A stretch of DNA of 51,822 nucleotides, filler included, from Sphacelaria rigidula (Eukaryota), in NCBI GenBank assembly GCA_964200075.2. It is 3 parts of 3 records of this genome, joined end to end, with 100 filler letters (N's around TTAATTAATTAA, not from the genome) between each part and the next. Parts side by side here need not be neighbours in the genome. Positions count along the whole stretch, not along the records: positions 1 to 17,210 come from CAXNAA020001141.1; positions 17,311 to 34,517 come from CAXNAA020001142.1; 1 more part is not named here. One strand, given 5' to 3'. Under the pieces are notes generated by a model. It had not been told where the DNA came from, made no database searches, and saw only the letters and a program-made list of their open reading frames with translations. A program made the position numbers and the translations under genes. Below, piece after piece: positions 11,944-25,172 of the stretch (positions within the stretch are counted from its first letter, which is position 1; the number at the start of each line of letters is the position of its first letter).

Positions 11944-14860
11944 ATGTCTACCCGAAAGGAAGTAAGCAATGACGACATATTAGCCGAGATGTTACGGCTT
12001 ACGGAAGCTAGTCGGACACTTCCTACGATAGCCCCCCCCCAAAAAAAAACAAAACCAGCTCAAAACTGTCACGAAAAAATGGCCATACAGCGCCCGATGT
12101 TTGGGTGCATGAAGCGCCTCATAATGATGATATTGTCGAGAACGAATCCAAGCGTGGGATTTCCTAGCTGCTCGTTGTGCTCGGCTTCTACGATTTCGAT
12201 TTACGTGAACATGTTTCCTCCCCGGACCCTGCACTCTTTTTTGGGGGGGGGCGGGGTTCGTAGAATGTGTCGTAGTGAGAGTCGATATAAGCAGCAAAAT
12301 AATAAGCGAAGCGCGAGGCAAGTACGGAGTATGAAAGGGAGAGAGGCATGTATGATGAAAGTACTGGTCTGCAGGGTAACACTCTACCCACGAGCACGGA
12401 AGACAGAGCTCAATTTCCCAAACCCGGGATAAACCTCAAGACTACGCAAAATGTGTATATGGACGAAAAAAGAGTCCAAGCAAGTATAGACAGTACGCAA
12501 TCACAGTCGTGTCCGCCCTTGGAACGGCTCTGTAAAGGCAGGCGACACCCTGGAGGCCAAGATCCTTGTTTTCAAGGTTAGATAGCAGTTTGCTTTCGTC
12601 AAGAGGGATGCTACGATGCCCTTTTCCCGAAATTGCCGATCAGAGTATTTATCGAGCCTGAGCATTTGCTACGAAGACAGTTTGGTAACATGGCAATTGA
12701 CATAGCTCAGAGGGCATATGATATCATTTTCTACAAGATCACTGTACCACAGATGGCAAAGCACATTCTATGTATGGGAGCCCGAGCGAAGGATGGGACT
12801 ATTTGGTACAATACGATGGTGTGTCTCTCGCAGCACTCAAGGTCCGCCTCGAGGTGGGAGGGCAAACACTTGAGATTGGCTTGGGTGAGTCGCTTTCAGT
12901 TTTCGCGAGCAGAGATACTCCAACTTTGGCACAAAATACAGGGTTTGGGCTATAGTTTGTCAGACTCGGATGCAAACCTTCATCACGCCCGTCGACGTTT
13001 ATCCGACCGTGAGATTCAACGAGGCACGCTGCTTGCAATGCCGCAGATTGACACCAGAACTCTTCGACGTACCACAAAACCGTGCACGCAGAGTTTGAGT
13101 TGTCAAACAGTAGGGCAGGGTCATCGTTGAGTCATGCTCTAGATGCTGCAGCGGGAAGTGTTTCCAACCGTTTCGCCCCGTTAGGCCGGCGAAACAGTGT
13201 GAGGGACAAAGGGCAAATCCACCACGACAGCAACCATGATAACTCCAATAGTCGAGACCACCAATCGCATCATAAGTCCTCCAGCCCCTACCACCAGCAC
13301 TGCGATTGTTGCTTCGGCCGTAGGAGGTGTAGTATCCCGCACCATCACAACAATCATCGTGATGACCCATCCCCCAGATATGGTCATGGCCGGGATCCAG
13401 GTCACGAGCACAACAACTCCGCAATCTAGGTATGGGGGATATGATAGGGAGAGAGGTACTAGTTGTTCCTCTACATCATCACCACCCCGTCGATACCGCA
13501 GATCGCGAAAACAAGCTCATCATCATCACATCTCCTAGCAGAACTGGTCTCACGGCCCAGACGCATGCCATGAATGAGGTGCTAGGGGTAGGAATGTCAC
13601 CCACTAAATGACAAGCGAAGGAATGTCGATCGCTGACAAAGAGATCGAGATTCCAGACGCTCAACCAACATTCACTTCTGTAGACCATCGCGCACCACAT
13701 CACGGGAGATACCACTCCCATCATGATCAATCTTCCAGAAACCCTGCTAGTGCACACCCACACGCAAACACTGTTCAGCGACATGAAGGCTATGCTGACG
13801 GAGGTGAATCCGCCTGCACAACGACGGCAATGCTTTGGATGACACTAGATATAATCGAATATACTCTCACTCCAGTATGATATACATGGTTGATTGGATT
13901 TGCCTGGAGTATGTTTGTACCTTGGTTGAGGATCGGGTATTAACGGTCAATAAGTACAGGTACTGTTTGCGACGGTTATATTGGGCGAGAAATGAGAATA
14001 TCTCTCATGTGACACATAATAATTCCTGGTGTAGGCACGATCGCTTGTGGTGTGTAGCAACAACCACAATTATGGTACTTTGTGTGTCCATGTAAGATTA
14101 TGCTAGCATAAGGTCGGTCATCGAAGCGTGTCCAGAGTGCAAAACCTTGGAGGATTGGTATCATGGGGTATGGAAGTCAGGATGGTTCGAGGACCTATAC
14201 GGCGAGTGGCCGGCAGAAAGCAGGCGTTGGTTTTCATACCAATTTCAAGTGGCTTTTCAACGACAGGAGGTTCTGCAGTTATGGAATACATTCCGGGTAG
14301 TCTCACGTGCACGTGCCATAGAGCAGGCGAGCGATCCGCGTCTTGAAGCGGCAACGTCAGCGGCAACCCTTGAACTGATAAGACAGGTTTCGCAAGAGGC
14401 AATGTCGACTACGACCCTTCGGCCGAGAGTACCCCTCTCAACCAGCACTGCCCGAGATCCACAGTTTGAATACTTCTGAGAAACTTCCGCAGGAATATAC
14501 GCCAGCAACAGCAACAACAACGACGACGATCAAGACGGGAACAACAACGACTACGACAAAGAAAACGACGACGACAACGACGACAACAATGACGACGACA
14601 ACGACGACGACAACAACGACGAAAGCAGCGGAGACGACGAAGACTCGGATCACAGCCAAAGCGGCGAGGGCAACGGGTTCTACCAGATCACACCCGGAAC
14701 GCCGCAAAATCTCTCCGCTGAACAAGACCGGAAAAGCGCGAGAGCAGCCCGGGGGTTGGACCACCCTTTCGATCGGGGGAAGCCTCTCCGGGATGGTGGA
14801 GTACCGCAGCGGACGAAGCTAAAAGATGCCGGACATCCAGGCCTTTGATCCGGCCAAAGG
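11944..14860 (+). mobile_element. Degenerate Copia-type gag (UBN2-like) remnant with downstream unknown ORF; no pol seen
   Basis: Frameshifted pieces LPIRVFIEPEHLLRRQFGNMAIDIAQRAYDII...YGSPSEGWDYLVQYDG...LKVRLE...LEIGLGESLSVFASR...NLHHARRRLS...LLAMPQI resemble the Copia gag S-P-x-E-A-W / L-x-M-x-x-G-E pattern, followed by HALDAAAG, His-rich low complexity and ORF 14147-14479. Family call is by pattern recognition only. Confidence 0.5.
14504..14640. repeat. (ACA/ACG)n trinucleotide microsatellite
   Basis: agcaacagcaacaacaacgacgacg...acaacgacgacgacaacaacgacg. Confidence 0.9.
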
Positions 14861-17210
14861 CACGTGTTGTACGATCCCACCATTGCTGTGGAGGGTTTTG
14901 ATGTGTCTATGTGTGTGCTTATTCTTGTGGCGTGAATGGTTTTTTCCCTTGCTTGAGCAAGCAACAGCGTTGAAGAAACGGTCCGATTTTCGTGTTTTTG
15001 GTTTTTCAGTTTGCACGACGCTCTGATTGCCCTGTTCTGAGACGGAGCACAAGTTTGAAGCCAGAATGATTCGTGTATGTTTTACCCTGATTTTGATTTG
15101 TGCAAGGCTTCTGCTTCCCCTTCTTTCCTGCGGGAATGATGTATGTACTTCCCTTTTGGCTGTGTTAGAGGGTCTTATATCCCGTCATGAAATTTCGCAA
15201 ACGTCACCAAGTAGAATCTCATGAGATGAGCCTGTCCATCCAGGTTTTCACATCTACTGTGTACCGCATTGGACTGGTATGTAGGGTTTGGTAATCTACT
15301 GTTCTGCCCTATAAAATGATGGCTTGCATTTGTAATGAACGTGCCATTTTCCCCTTGTTTTCGAGTTGTAGGTGCAAGGATGTGTTACATGTTCTTCAGG
15401 GGTGTTACCTTCCGTGATGATACGCTATATCTTTGTACTGAGTTGATTGTATTGCGACCTCATAGGGTAGTGATTGAATTGCCTCCTGATTACAACAACC
15501 TCAACTGTCTGTAGAGCAATGCGCTCAAGAAATGTACGTGGTGCCTGTATATATACTTTGCCATGCAAGAGTTTCCTGCACCATAATGTGGTGGTCATTG
15601 GACGCTGCAGCTATGCGACAAAGTCTTCCTTCCTCGTGTACACTTGGTATCTTCTGTGTGTCACAAATTCAAACCGGCTGATTCGAACCGGCTGAACCCA
15701 CGACTTGCAAGATTGTAATTACTTGCATCATCGTGTTTCCCCCTCCATGTTGAGCTTGTCTATCAGTTGGAACCTTCGATGTATGCTACTCTTGTTTGAT
15801 ATGCCACACGTGTGCGACTCGTGCGTGTCTCCCCATATTCGACGTTTTAGTGAGTGTTGATGTGTCGATGCACGAGAGGACCTGCTGTTTTGTTTAGACT
15901 AGCCGCAAAAATTGTCGGCTCGTGTTGACTATAGAGGACGGTGTGAAAGATTTCAAGTATTATTGTAGCTGATCAGCTGCGTTCTGTCTGCTCCGTTCAA
16001 CAGTATGGCCAATACCCTGAAAATTCCCCCCCGTGTGGATGTAAAATAGTTCTTGCCCCCTCCGGTGTTCGGTTCCAGCCTACTTCGTCACGGAGTGTAA
16101 TGCCTGCTCCCCCCAGAATACATTTTGCGATCTAATGTTCAATGCGGTGTACTGTCTCCTGCTCCGCAGCATCACTGACAGTATGGTACAGTACTGTACT
16201 GTTTGTATTGCGGGACAATTGCGGGTTGATTTGATAACACTTAGAAAGTAGATCGCGGTAATACTGTAAAACTTGTGCGACAGAATACTTATTTCTGCGA
16301 TTTTTTCTTCCGAACGCATGACCTGCCCATCGGTGCTCGACTCCAACCTTGTGGAGAGGCAACTGCTTTTCAATCCAGGCGGATGTGCACAAGCGACGAA
16401 TTCCGGGCCGCGATACCGCAAGACGGAAAGAGAAACAAGCGACCGCGGCCGGGCGACGATGCCGCCACCGTCTGGGGGGCTTAGCAGAGGCCAGGGCATG
16501 GACCAGGAATGCTTTGGAATCTAGGTTTTTGCGTGATAAGTATAGCAGTATTGATTTGAGTTCGGCATGTTTTTGTTTTGGAATTTTCTACACCGTGCCA
16601 CACCCGTATCAAGGCATCCTCGTGCCCTTGTTGCAAGTACGCGTGTGGTACATACCCCTGTAGTTGCGTTTTTATGTGTGTTCTGAGTTCTGAGTTATTT
16701 TCCCCCAAACTTGGTACCGTAATTTGGATTTGATTTTGTCAGTTCGACCCTCTACATGACTGCACCGCTTTCGTGATTCTGCAGTCGGGAAAGAAGTCAT
16801 GGGGGGGGGGGGTGATGTCATGATCCCTTTTCGAATTTTTGTAGTTGCGATTTTTGTGTGTCGTTTCGATTTTATTCCCACAACTGAGTACCGCAGCTTG
16901 GATGTGATTTTCCAGTTTGATCCTTCACATAATTGCAGTGATTCTATCGTCCGGCTGTCAAAAAGGGGGCTGGTGCAACTATTCCCTCTTTTCGACTGGT
17001 TGATGTGATGTGAAAGAGGGGTGAAAGTACCTTGTCGTGGTTGTAATGGTGCTCACCAAGTTTGTTCCAGGTTCAGACCTCTGCGTACGTTGTTTGGTCA
17101 CTCAGTTCAGCAGCGCAGGCTGACCACAGTCGTTTCACAAAGAACAGTGTTTTTGTGAGATTGAGAGTAGATGATACGATTGAGAGTGAAAAGCGGTCAA
17201 TCAGTGAATG

Positions 17211-17310
17211 NNNNNNNNNNNNNNNNNNNNNNNNNNNNNNNNNNNNNNNNNNNNTTAATTAATTAANNNNNNNNNNNNNNNNNNNNNNNNNNNNNNNNNN
17301 NNNNNNNNNN
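17211..17310. other. Assembly gap/spacer (44 N + TTAATTAATTAA + 44 N)
   Basis: Artificial six-frame-stop linker between N runs; identical layout at 34518-34617. Confidence 0.97.
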
Positions 17311-17341
<31 letters not shown>

Positions 17342-17381
17342 CATAATCATAATAATTATAATAATCATAATAATCATAATA
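17311..17381. repeat. (TAA/TCA)n microsatellite at contig edge
   Basis: taataataat...tcataatcataat. Confidence 0.9.
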
Positions 17382-17501
17382 GTCATGAGAGGAGGGAAAG
17401 CCACGAGCTTGTGTACTTCGAGAGACAGCCTCTTGGCAAACTTGCTCGCATCAAATAACCCGTCCAGATAACCCGACATACCCACTCCTATACACAAGAG
17501 A

Positions 17502-17880
17502 TGTGGGGCAGACGTCTTCATCTCGCTACGTCTTCATCTCGCCATCACAGCTCGTGTGTACATGGTTTCCCAGCCATGCACCACAATATCACCCAACCTC
17601 GGAAGTCTTCGACAACAGGTTTGAGAGCGACGGGATGGTGCAAGCACGAAAAAGACAAGTCATATCATCCCACACTACACAACGGCGCAGCGTGAGGCAG
17701 CAAGCAAAAGCGCACAGCACGGTAAGCTCACAGTCCGTCTGACAGCATGGTTCGGTGGTCCCAACTAGAAACAGTTGAAGCCCCGTTGGGAGTGGAAGAG
17801 AGCGCATCCGAGGGAGGTTGTCTGACAATAATTGAATTATTTGGATTCTGTAGCTGAAATTAGGATTGTGATAACCGACA
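17502..17880 (+). mobile_element. Possible solo LTR
   Basis: TGTGGGG...CCGACA ends, ~380 bp non-coding, internal duplication acgtcttcatctcgc x2. No TSD seen. Confidence 0.3.
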
Positions 17881-18662
17881 TGTTGCGGTCCTACGTGAGA
17901 AACCAAATTCGGGGAATTGCGTCATGTACCGAACGATTTCATGTCACATTCAAACACTTCCCGCAGTGACGGGGGGGGGGGGTTACAAGGATGACGACAG
18001 AATATGTACATGTATATATATGTATACATATATACAAGCCGTACGGGACCCGGGGCTGCGTCCCAGTCCCGTCCGTCTTTTTCGAAGGTCTCGGTATTCT
18101 TGCTTTGCCAAGCCCTCGTGACAATTGAACCTCTCTCGAAATGTTCATGCCCACCGGAAACATTGCAGGACCATCGCTATCGCGCGTCCGTTCGAACGGT
18201 CGCGAACGCATGTGTACCCCCGCACAAAGTAAAGCACGAATCCGCTAACCAGGCCCCTAGTATTGGCATTGGCCCGAACAGTCATCTCCCGGGGCGGGTG
18301 CGGAGGAACTTTGACACTGAAATCAGCATTGAATCTCGTGCACGCCTCGTTACAAAGTATGCTTGACGCTCGTGAGTGCGATATATATATATATATATAT
18401 ATCATGAGACCACGGCTGGACCCATGGGGGGTCAGTTAAAGTGCGACAATCAATCAATCAAATATATATACTATACTTGTATTCAAGAACTGCCTCCATC
18501 CTGCGCTCGAGCTCGACGACTACACAACCAGTGCACCCGTGAGGAACGTCCTCATTACAGGGTCACCTACTCAACTGTTGCAAGCACGGAAATCATGAAA
18601 ATATCACGCAACATCAAATTGCGCCATAGAACAGCACAGCATAATCAGTCAGCGCTACTCAC

Positions 18663-18875
18663 CCGACTGAGCACAGAAATGAACTCCTGCATGGCCTGAG
18701 TCGTCGGCTTGCCTCGGTTCGTCACCCACGCCCGGACCTTCACCGACCCGACAGCACTCTCCTTTTGAGCAGACACCAGGCCGGCCGGACAATCGCCCCA
18801 CTTGGCTTGCTTGAACAGCCCGTACAGGATCAACTTGTCAGTTTCTCCGTACTGGCGCGAATTCGCCATGAGCTC
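18663..18875 (-). CDS. Gene A exon 11: acyl-CoA-binding (ACBP) domain core
   Basis: ELMANSRQYGETDKLILYGLFKQAKWGDC...KVRAWVTNRGKPTTQAMQEFISVLSR matches ACBP motifs LYxLYKQA..GD and KW.AW..G...AM..Y. Acceptor tcctcgttttatcctcgtgtgtactcggaAG, donor GTGAGT; 213 nt, phase 0/0. Confidence 0.85.
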
Positions 18876-19228
18876 CTTCCGAGTACACACGAGGATAAAA
18901 CGAGGACTGCGTAAGTTTTTCGTTCCTTGTTTGTCACACTCCAGACCCCACTCCCCTTCCTCAGAACGATCTCGGAATGAGTACGTTGTCTCAAGGGACC
19001 AGCCAATCTCTCCCCGGGCAAGGGATACAACAACAATTTGAGGAAACATCTCCGACCGCTTCCTTGTGGGTGAGGGAGGGAGGGAGGGAGGGAGGGAGGG
19101 AGGGGGGGGGGGGGGGGGACCCATTGGTTTCTTGCTTTGGTGGTTTGACCATAAACCGTGCACCCCCCCCGTGCCGGCGCAGGGGGGGGGGGGGGGGGGG
19201 GGGGGGAGTGGGGCGGGTGGGGGGGGGG

Positions 19229-19294
19229 CGTACTCATTTGTTGCTTGCCTTAGTCGTTTGACCAATAACCGTGCATCCCTCCCGTGACGGAGCA
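19229..19294 (-). mobile_element. 5'-truncated 3' tip of LINE family G, in a G-run (degraded tandem copy at 19119-19181)
   Basis: cgtactcatttgttgcttgccttagtcgtttgaccaataaccgtgcatccctcccgtgacggagca matches 50137-50205. Confidence 0.8.
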
Positions 19295-20539
19295 GGAGGG
19301 GCGGGGGGATGCCCGAAAACGTGTTGTTTTTCTCTTCGAGACCTTTTGTCCTTTCACCTGAAGAACAATAACCCCCACCCCCACCCCAAGAAATTATCAT
19401 ATGTAGTTTTTTTCATTTCGAACCTCCAAGATATGAGCGAGTGCAGTTGGTGAACAGCTGGAGCTCTACGCCTAAAAAGACGAGCAAAACTAGACGACTA
19501 GAAAATACGCCGGCGGTCGGAAGACTACATCGCTATCCACCTACGGCCATTCTTTGACTAAGGCCAGCATTTGTTGGAAAAGCCGACCTCTCGCCGAGTG
19601 TTAATGCCGTGCTAGTTGCACCGCATCTCGGCTGCGTATCGACTGCCGGGTCAGAGAAACGGAGGTCAGTACTTCACACGAAAGAAAGCTCGCTGGCGCA
19701 GGGAAATCTGGAGCTGTTGGTTCTTGCTGGCAAATACCGTACAATGAACGCAAAGGACCGTCACATGATTATCGCTAGATTTAGAGTCAAGCGTCGACTG
19801 ACACTCTCATGATTCGTTCTGACTTCACCAGTGTGTGTGTGTGTGTGTGTGTGTTGCCTGCAACAACGCCGTGTACTTCTAGCTACGCGACGAGATCCTA
19901 CTCGGGGATTCCAGAGGCTTCAGAAGAAAGCTACTCCAGAAAGCGTAAACGGACTTGTGAAAGGCCTGAAGGAGCATTTCGGAACTGAAACTGTTTCAGA
20001 CATGAACTCAAACTCTTTCAGGCATAAACAGACCAAATATGGAAATCTGAATTCTTCATGACTGTCGATTGACGAGACCAATTATGCAAAGAAGTGTACA
20101 TTAGATTCATCCCACGGCTGAGAACTTTCACTCCAGCCGCTCCTCGCCTGCCTCGGCGATGAACGGAGTAGCATTTCCTCTTCCTTGAGTTCTCATTGTC
20201 AATCAAACGTTACATTCTCAACCTGGCAAAAAACCCGTTACGTGAGGTTCCATGTTGTGCCGGTGTCGCCCAAGAGACGCACATGGAGTTCCTCCCACCA
20301 CAAGCGGGTCAAGCCTTGAGAATTGTCGCTCGTCAAACAACACGCACCGAAGGCTTACTCCGGCGGCAACCCATGCGGTAAATCACTTCAGCGGCTACGG
20401 CAAAATTTGCATCGGGATCCACACTACTACAGCCATGTACAGCTACTTTTCGGCTGCAAACGCCGGGGGTAGCGTGGCAAACGGGCCATGGTTGATAATA
20501 AATGCACTGCACGGTTTGTGCTTTACACCTGATGAGCGT

Positions 20540-21320
20540 ATCGTAATGATCATACCGTAATAAATTTACTGCACTATTTTTGTTAAAGCTGATCAGCGTA
20601 CCGTAATGATCGTACCGTAATATATGCACCGCACGGTTTGTGTTACAGCTGATAAGGGTACCATAATAAGCATACCGTATTATATGGACTGCAGGGTTTT
20701 TCACAGCAGCACTGCGTTAGGTTGGGGGTTCGCGTGAAGGACAGCTGATAACGGCACCGTAATAAGCGTACCGTATTATATGCATTGCAAAGACGCTCCC
20801 CGTATGACTCGTACCAGTATGGCCCGTACGGACTTTCGCACTGGCCCGTATCCGTACGCCCCCCGAAATTCCTCATCTCATACTGGTGGATACTGGTGAT
20901 ACTGCGTATTTTGGAGTCTGATACTGGCGGATACTAGTAATACTGGGTATTTCACCGCCCAATACTGGCGGATACTGGCGATACTGGGTACTTCGCCACC
21001 TTATTCTGGCGGATACTGGGGATACTGGGTAATTCGCTACCTTTTACTGGACGATACTGGCGATGCTGGGTATTTGGGGGCCGGATACTGCCGGATACTG
21101 GCGATAACGGATATTTTGCCTCCTAATACTGGTGGATACGGGTGATACTAAAATAAACATGTCACAGCCTCGTACGGGTGGATACGGGCCGTGCCCAGTA
21201 TACGGGTACGGGTGATACTGTACTGGATACTGGCGCCGTACGGGATACGGGAGAACATTTGATGCACTGTTCAGTTTTTTACAGCAGCACTGCGTTGGGT
21301 TGGAGGTTTGTGTAAAGGGC
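20540..21320. repeat. ~60-bp taccgtaat tandem array with a nested TIR element (20796-21253) made of gatactgg repeats
   Basis: Host motif acagcagcactgcgtt(a/g)ggttgg recurs at ~20703 and ~21281; insert ends ctccccgtat...atacgggag; ~40-bp internal units gatactggcggatactggcgatactgggta. Confidence 0.7.
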
Positions 21321-21716
21321 TACCGATATGAGCTTCCAGGTCGCGCACAAAACATTGCCAGGCGACATCCTAGGGCTTCGTAGCGAGCCCCAAACAACAC
21401 GGGCCATCGCCCAAAAGCCAGCGAAGCACAACATTCGCCACTGCTCTCATTGCTCTCGTATGCCCATGATAATCGGTGAAGCTTGATGTGTTGTACCGTG
21501 TGATGTTGTCGACGGAGACGGCAGTGACAGGGCAATGATTTCGAAGAGGCTCATCAAAATATAAAGGGGGAGTCATGTTTGACCGCAACCTCGGGATTTT
21601 CGAAAGTTCATTTAATTTCGAATATAATGCCCCCCCGGAATAAGGTGTGGATGGGGATGAGGAACATGCCCAAGCTGTGAGACGCTTGGATGGTAAGTAG
21701 CACTCAGCACTTTATA

Positions 21717-21750
<34 letters not shown>

Positions 21751-21887
21751 AAAAAGCAGCGGCACGTCCCGAAGCTACTGGGTACGAGCTCAGCCAACGT
21801 CAGCGGCCGCATCGAAATCGAGTGAAAAGGAGAGGGGGAAAAGCGGAAGGAGGGCGGGAGGGACACCGGGGGAAACGGACAGCTCAC

Positions 21888-24072
21888 CTTGGTATAAAAC
21901 ATGAGCGATACCCTAAACTTCTTCGTCAACGCCACATCATCCGGGGCCTCCGCCCAGCTTCCCGAGGATGCCAAGGACGTCCGGGTCATCGGTACCCTAG
22001 ACCCGCCCGCGTGCCCTCCCGCTGGCGCCGGTGCTGTCATTCCCGCCCACTTCGCGGCCCGAGGCGGAGGCCCTGCGACCGTCGGAGCGATCGGCGTCCG
22101 ATTCGGGACCTCAGCATTACTGGCCCCGACGCCCGTCAACGCCTCAGAAGCCGCCTTCGGATCCGCGTTTGCCGCGCCGGTGGATGATCGGGAAGTCCCG
22201 AAGGAATCGCCAGACCTCGCCTTATTATTGGCCCCAACGGTCGGTGCTGGCACCTGTTGGGTGACTTCTGACGCCCACCGCGTATCCACCGAGATCCCGG
22301 ACAATAACGCGCCGCTGGCCGCGGCTGCTTCAAGTCCCGTCTTCCCGCCATCTACGCTCTCAGTGCCGGTGCCAGTGCCCGCCGCGCCAGCGGAGGGATT
22401 TTTCATATCGTTGCTGTTAGCTACTCTCCCGGTTACAGCCGCGATACGCTCATAATCGTCGAGGCGAAGCGGGGACTCCCTTGCAACTTCCCCGCCTTCC
22501 GGGTCCCCCCTGGGCGCGGCGGGCTTGGGGTCCGAAGGCATACGGGCAGGGCCGTGAAGCCACGTAGGCACGGATTGCTTTGCCGGGATCTCTGACGATC
22601 TTTCGGCGGTCTCACCGCTGCCTGCACCTGCTGCTTCCGCGGCCACCGCCGCAGCTGGCGTTGCCGCAGGGGCACTCCCACTAGAAATACGGCCAATGCT
22701 GCCGCTGCTGCTCCCCTTCCTCCTTTCTCGTGGACCACCGGAGCTAAGCTTGCTGCCTTCGCTCCGTGAAGACGGGGGAGGTGGCGGCGGCGCCGCTGAT
22801 GGCTCCGGCGGATCCCTCGACCTTCGGCTGAGCCACTTTCCGCCGCCAGCGCCCTTCCTGTTGGGCGTTCTGGTGATGGAACCGTCGGAGCCCAACGGAC
22901 GGACTCCCCCAGAGACAGCCCCGTCTATCACTTTCGGCGTCGCCGCAAAGTGTGCACCGGCGCCGCCGGTGCTCGCGGGGGTGAGAGACGTCTGCTGGAT
23001 GAATCGCGGGGAGTTCCAGCGCCTTATCAGGCGGGATTTCATGGCCATCAGCCCGGTCGACATCGGGGTCCCCGGCAGTCTCTCCCTTGTTCCGTTGCTG
23101 ATGCCGCGCTCGCCGGTGTTACTGCCGCCGGCGCCGGCGCTTCCGCCGAAACCAATTGTGAGAGAATCCCTTGGGGTGCCCGCGATCGAGCTAACGCTGG
23201 GGGTTGAGTTCCGCGGGGACCCCGGAGCGTGCGCGGAGTGCAGCGGAAGCGTCGACGCCGGCAGTGTTTGCGAGAAGTCGCTAAGGGGCGTGGTAGAGGT
23301 AACTATTCCGCCGCTGGCCGCTGCGGCTGCGGCGGCGACCGCGGCGGACGGCGTCCCCGCAGACGGCTCCGAGTGCACTCGCGTATGCGCTCCGTTCGTG
23401 GGCGCCTTGCTGGTTACGCTGCTGACGGCGTCAGTCTTACCTCCGCTTCCCGCCGAGCTGATGCTCCTCGGCCGCGCTGGAGTGCCGCCTCCTGCTTGTA
23501 CTACACCGCCGCCGTGGCTACCGCTGCTGCAGCCGCCGTTACTCTTTCTGTCGACATTAACATACGTCGCTTCCTGCCTGGCGGTCTCCGAATTTGCGAT
23601 TTCGGCATCGACAGTAAGTCGCGTAGCAGCCGGGGCCGCTCGATGATTTTTAGCTCCGCCGGCATTCCCGCCTGCAGCGCGATCTTCGACATCCGACATG
23701 GCACGATTCGCGCGCGCGCTCGACGGCCACGCGCTAACACCAGCAGAACTGCCGCCCCGCGCCGAACCGCGGGAGCTTCGCCCGCCGGTATTATTTCGGT
23801 TGACGCTACGTTGGGTGCTTGGGCGATCCGCCCGGCTTGGGACGGGTGTGCTGCTGAAGGATGGAGGATTCTGTTGGTGTTGGTGTTGGGATTGTGGATC
23901 ATTTGCGATGTTGGCACTCATGGGTATGCCGGGACTGTCGTGCACCGTGCTGCTATCGTCTGTCCATGACGTCGGGATCGTTTGGCGGATCGAGAACGGA
24001 CGGCTGGCGGCTGATGTGGTGGATGTTGCCGGCGATGAAACCGCGGTCATAGTGGTGGTCGTTACACTTCGC
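21888..24072 (-). CDS. Gene A exon 10: ~728-codon Ser/Gly/Ala/Pro-rich disordered region ending in ACBP helix 1 (LTKKFRVSLMFYTK)
   Basis: Inside the 881-aa ORF. Acceptor ccttctccccAG (phase 2) and donor AAG|GTGAGC (phase 0) match both neighbours; GC-rich coding composition. Confidence 0.88.
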
Positions 24073-24813
24073 CTGGGGAGAAGGAGGGCGAATAATTCAG
24101 GCGCGCAGCGACATGGAGGCGACGAGAGGGTGGAGCGGGGGGGGGTTGCACCGACAGGTGTACAATGGGTACGGCCTACGAGTTGACAGCATGATTGTGA
24201 TTGAACAGTCGTGTTGGAAACACTGCTCCTATTTTCTCCTTGATTCTTCCGGATCACACGGCTGCTGCAGCAACCGCGCGTGGTTAATGTTCTCCACGCG
24301 AAGCTACTCGACGCATCAGTTCCGCCGGCTGTATATTCCGAGTATTTTTACAGAGCCGAAGGGGGCGTAGGGGTGCTCAGAGGTGGCTCTTTGCATCATG
24401 CACACAACAAAAAACACAGGGAGTATACCTCTAACATTGCGGGGTACAACAGGGTAAAGGGTGTGTTGGGTAGGATGAATAGGGTATACTCAATTGCGGG
24501 GTACTTTGAAAGTCGTACTTAAAGTACACAAATTGGGGTAGGGTGTTAGGGGTCGCTTTCCAGTTATTTTTTGGGTAGGATTCTCGACACCCTACCCTAA
24601 TTTGAGTACTCAAAGTGCGACTCTCAAAATACTCCGCAATAGAGTATATATCCTACTCGACCTGCCCTTGAAAGGGTGCGTTGGGTAGGATGAATACCCA
24701 GGTATTTCCTCTCACCATATCTGTGTTGTGATGGTCGGATCCAAACTCTACTCGAATATTGGGTAAGGCTAGATAGTAACGGATTACTCTACTCAATATC
24801 TGGGTATCTTTGA

Positions 24814-25172
24814 GTGTGTGTGCTGTCGTCCCGTTTATTCTGGACGCCGGTGTACACCTTTCAGTATATGTGGGCGCACCAGCCGGGGTCACACAGAAGG
24901 AAGGTCAACACAGGAGCTCTTCATTTGTATTTCTTTCCAGTATCCTATCTTCCTTCTGCGGTGTGCTTGCCTTTTTTTTTTATCGCGAGAGGGGTCCAGC
25001 AGTCCCTTTCCCTCGTCGACCGTTGAATCGAATTTTGTGTACCCACGACATAGTCACTGTCCACTGTTGGGCATGGTGTGGGAAAGAATCCCAGATCGCT
25101 CCAAGATTTGAACCCACGACCCAACCGTCAGAGGGTTTCGAGGTTACCAACTGAGCCACCGGGGCGACCGGC
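24814..25172 (-). mobile_element. tRNA-derived SINE family A, full length
   Basis: Minus-strand head gccggtcgccccggTGGCTCAGTTGGtaac...gtgGGTTCAAATCt (Pol III A and B boxes), body shared with the 39408 copy, (CA)n tail; ttgagt occurs on both flanks (possible TSD). Confidence 0.85.

Noticed and set aside
14438-14822. Poly-Thr (mucin-like) and poly-Val ORFs
   Set aside because: Products of the trinucleotide microsatellite.
16080-16520. Possible terminal exon of gene A (AG|IPKHSWSMPW..., phase 0)
   Set aside because: Phase fits exon 11, but it lies across an assembly gap, has a poor acceptor and no recognisable motif; left uncalled.
17255-17266. TTAATTAATTAA palindrome inside N runs (also 34562-34573)
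   Set aside because: Artificial six-frame-stop scaffold linker; not biological.
18940-19400. Poly-proline N-terminal part of ORF 18645-19400
   Set aside because: Translation of intronic G/C runs and LINE-G tips; only 18663-18875 is supported as exon.
22696-24186. Long plus-strand ORFs (316, 246, 162 aa) and 44006-44572
   Set aside because: Antisense shadows of GC-rich gene A exons.
25095-25172. tRNA genes here, at 39408-39480 and at 28007-28088
   Set aside because: A/B boxes are present but there is no convincing acceptor stem or cloverleaf, and each is fused to a repeated SINE body.
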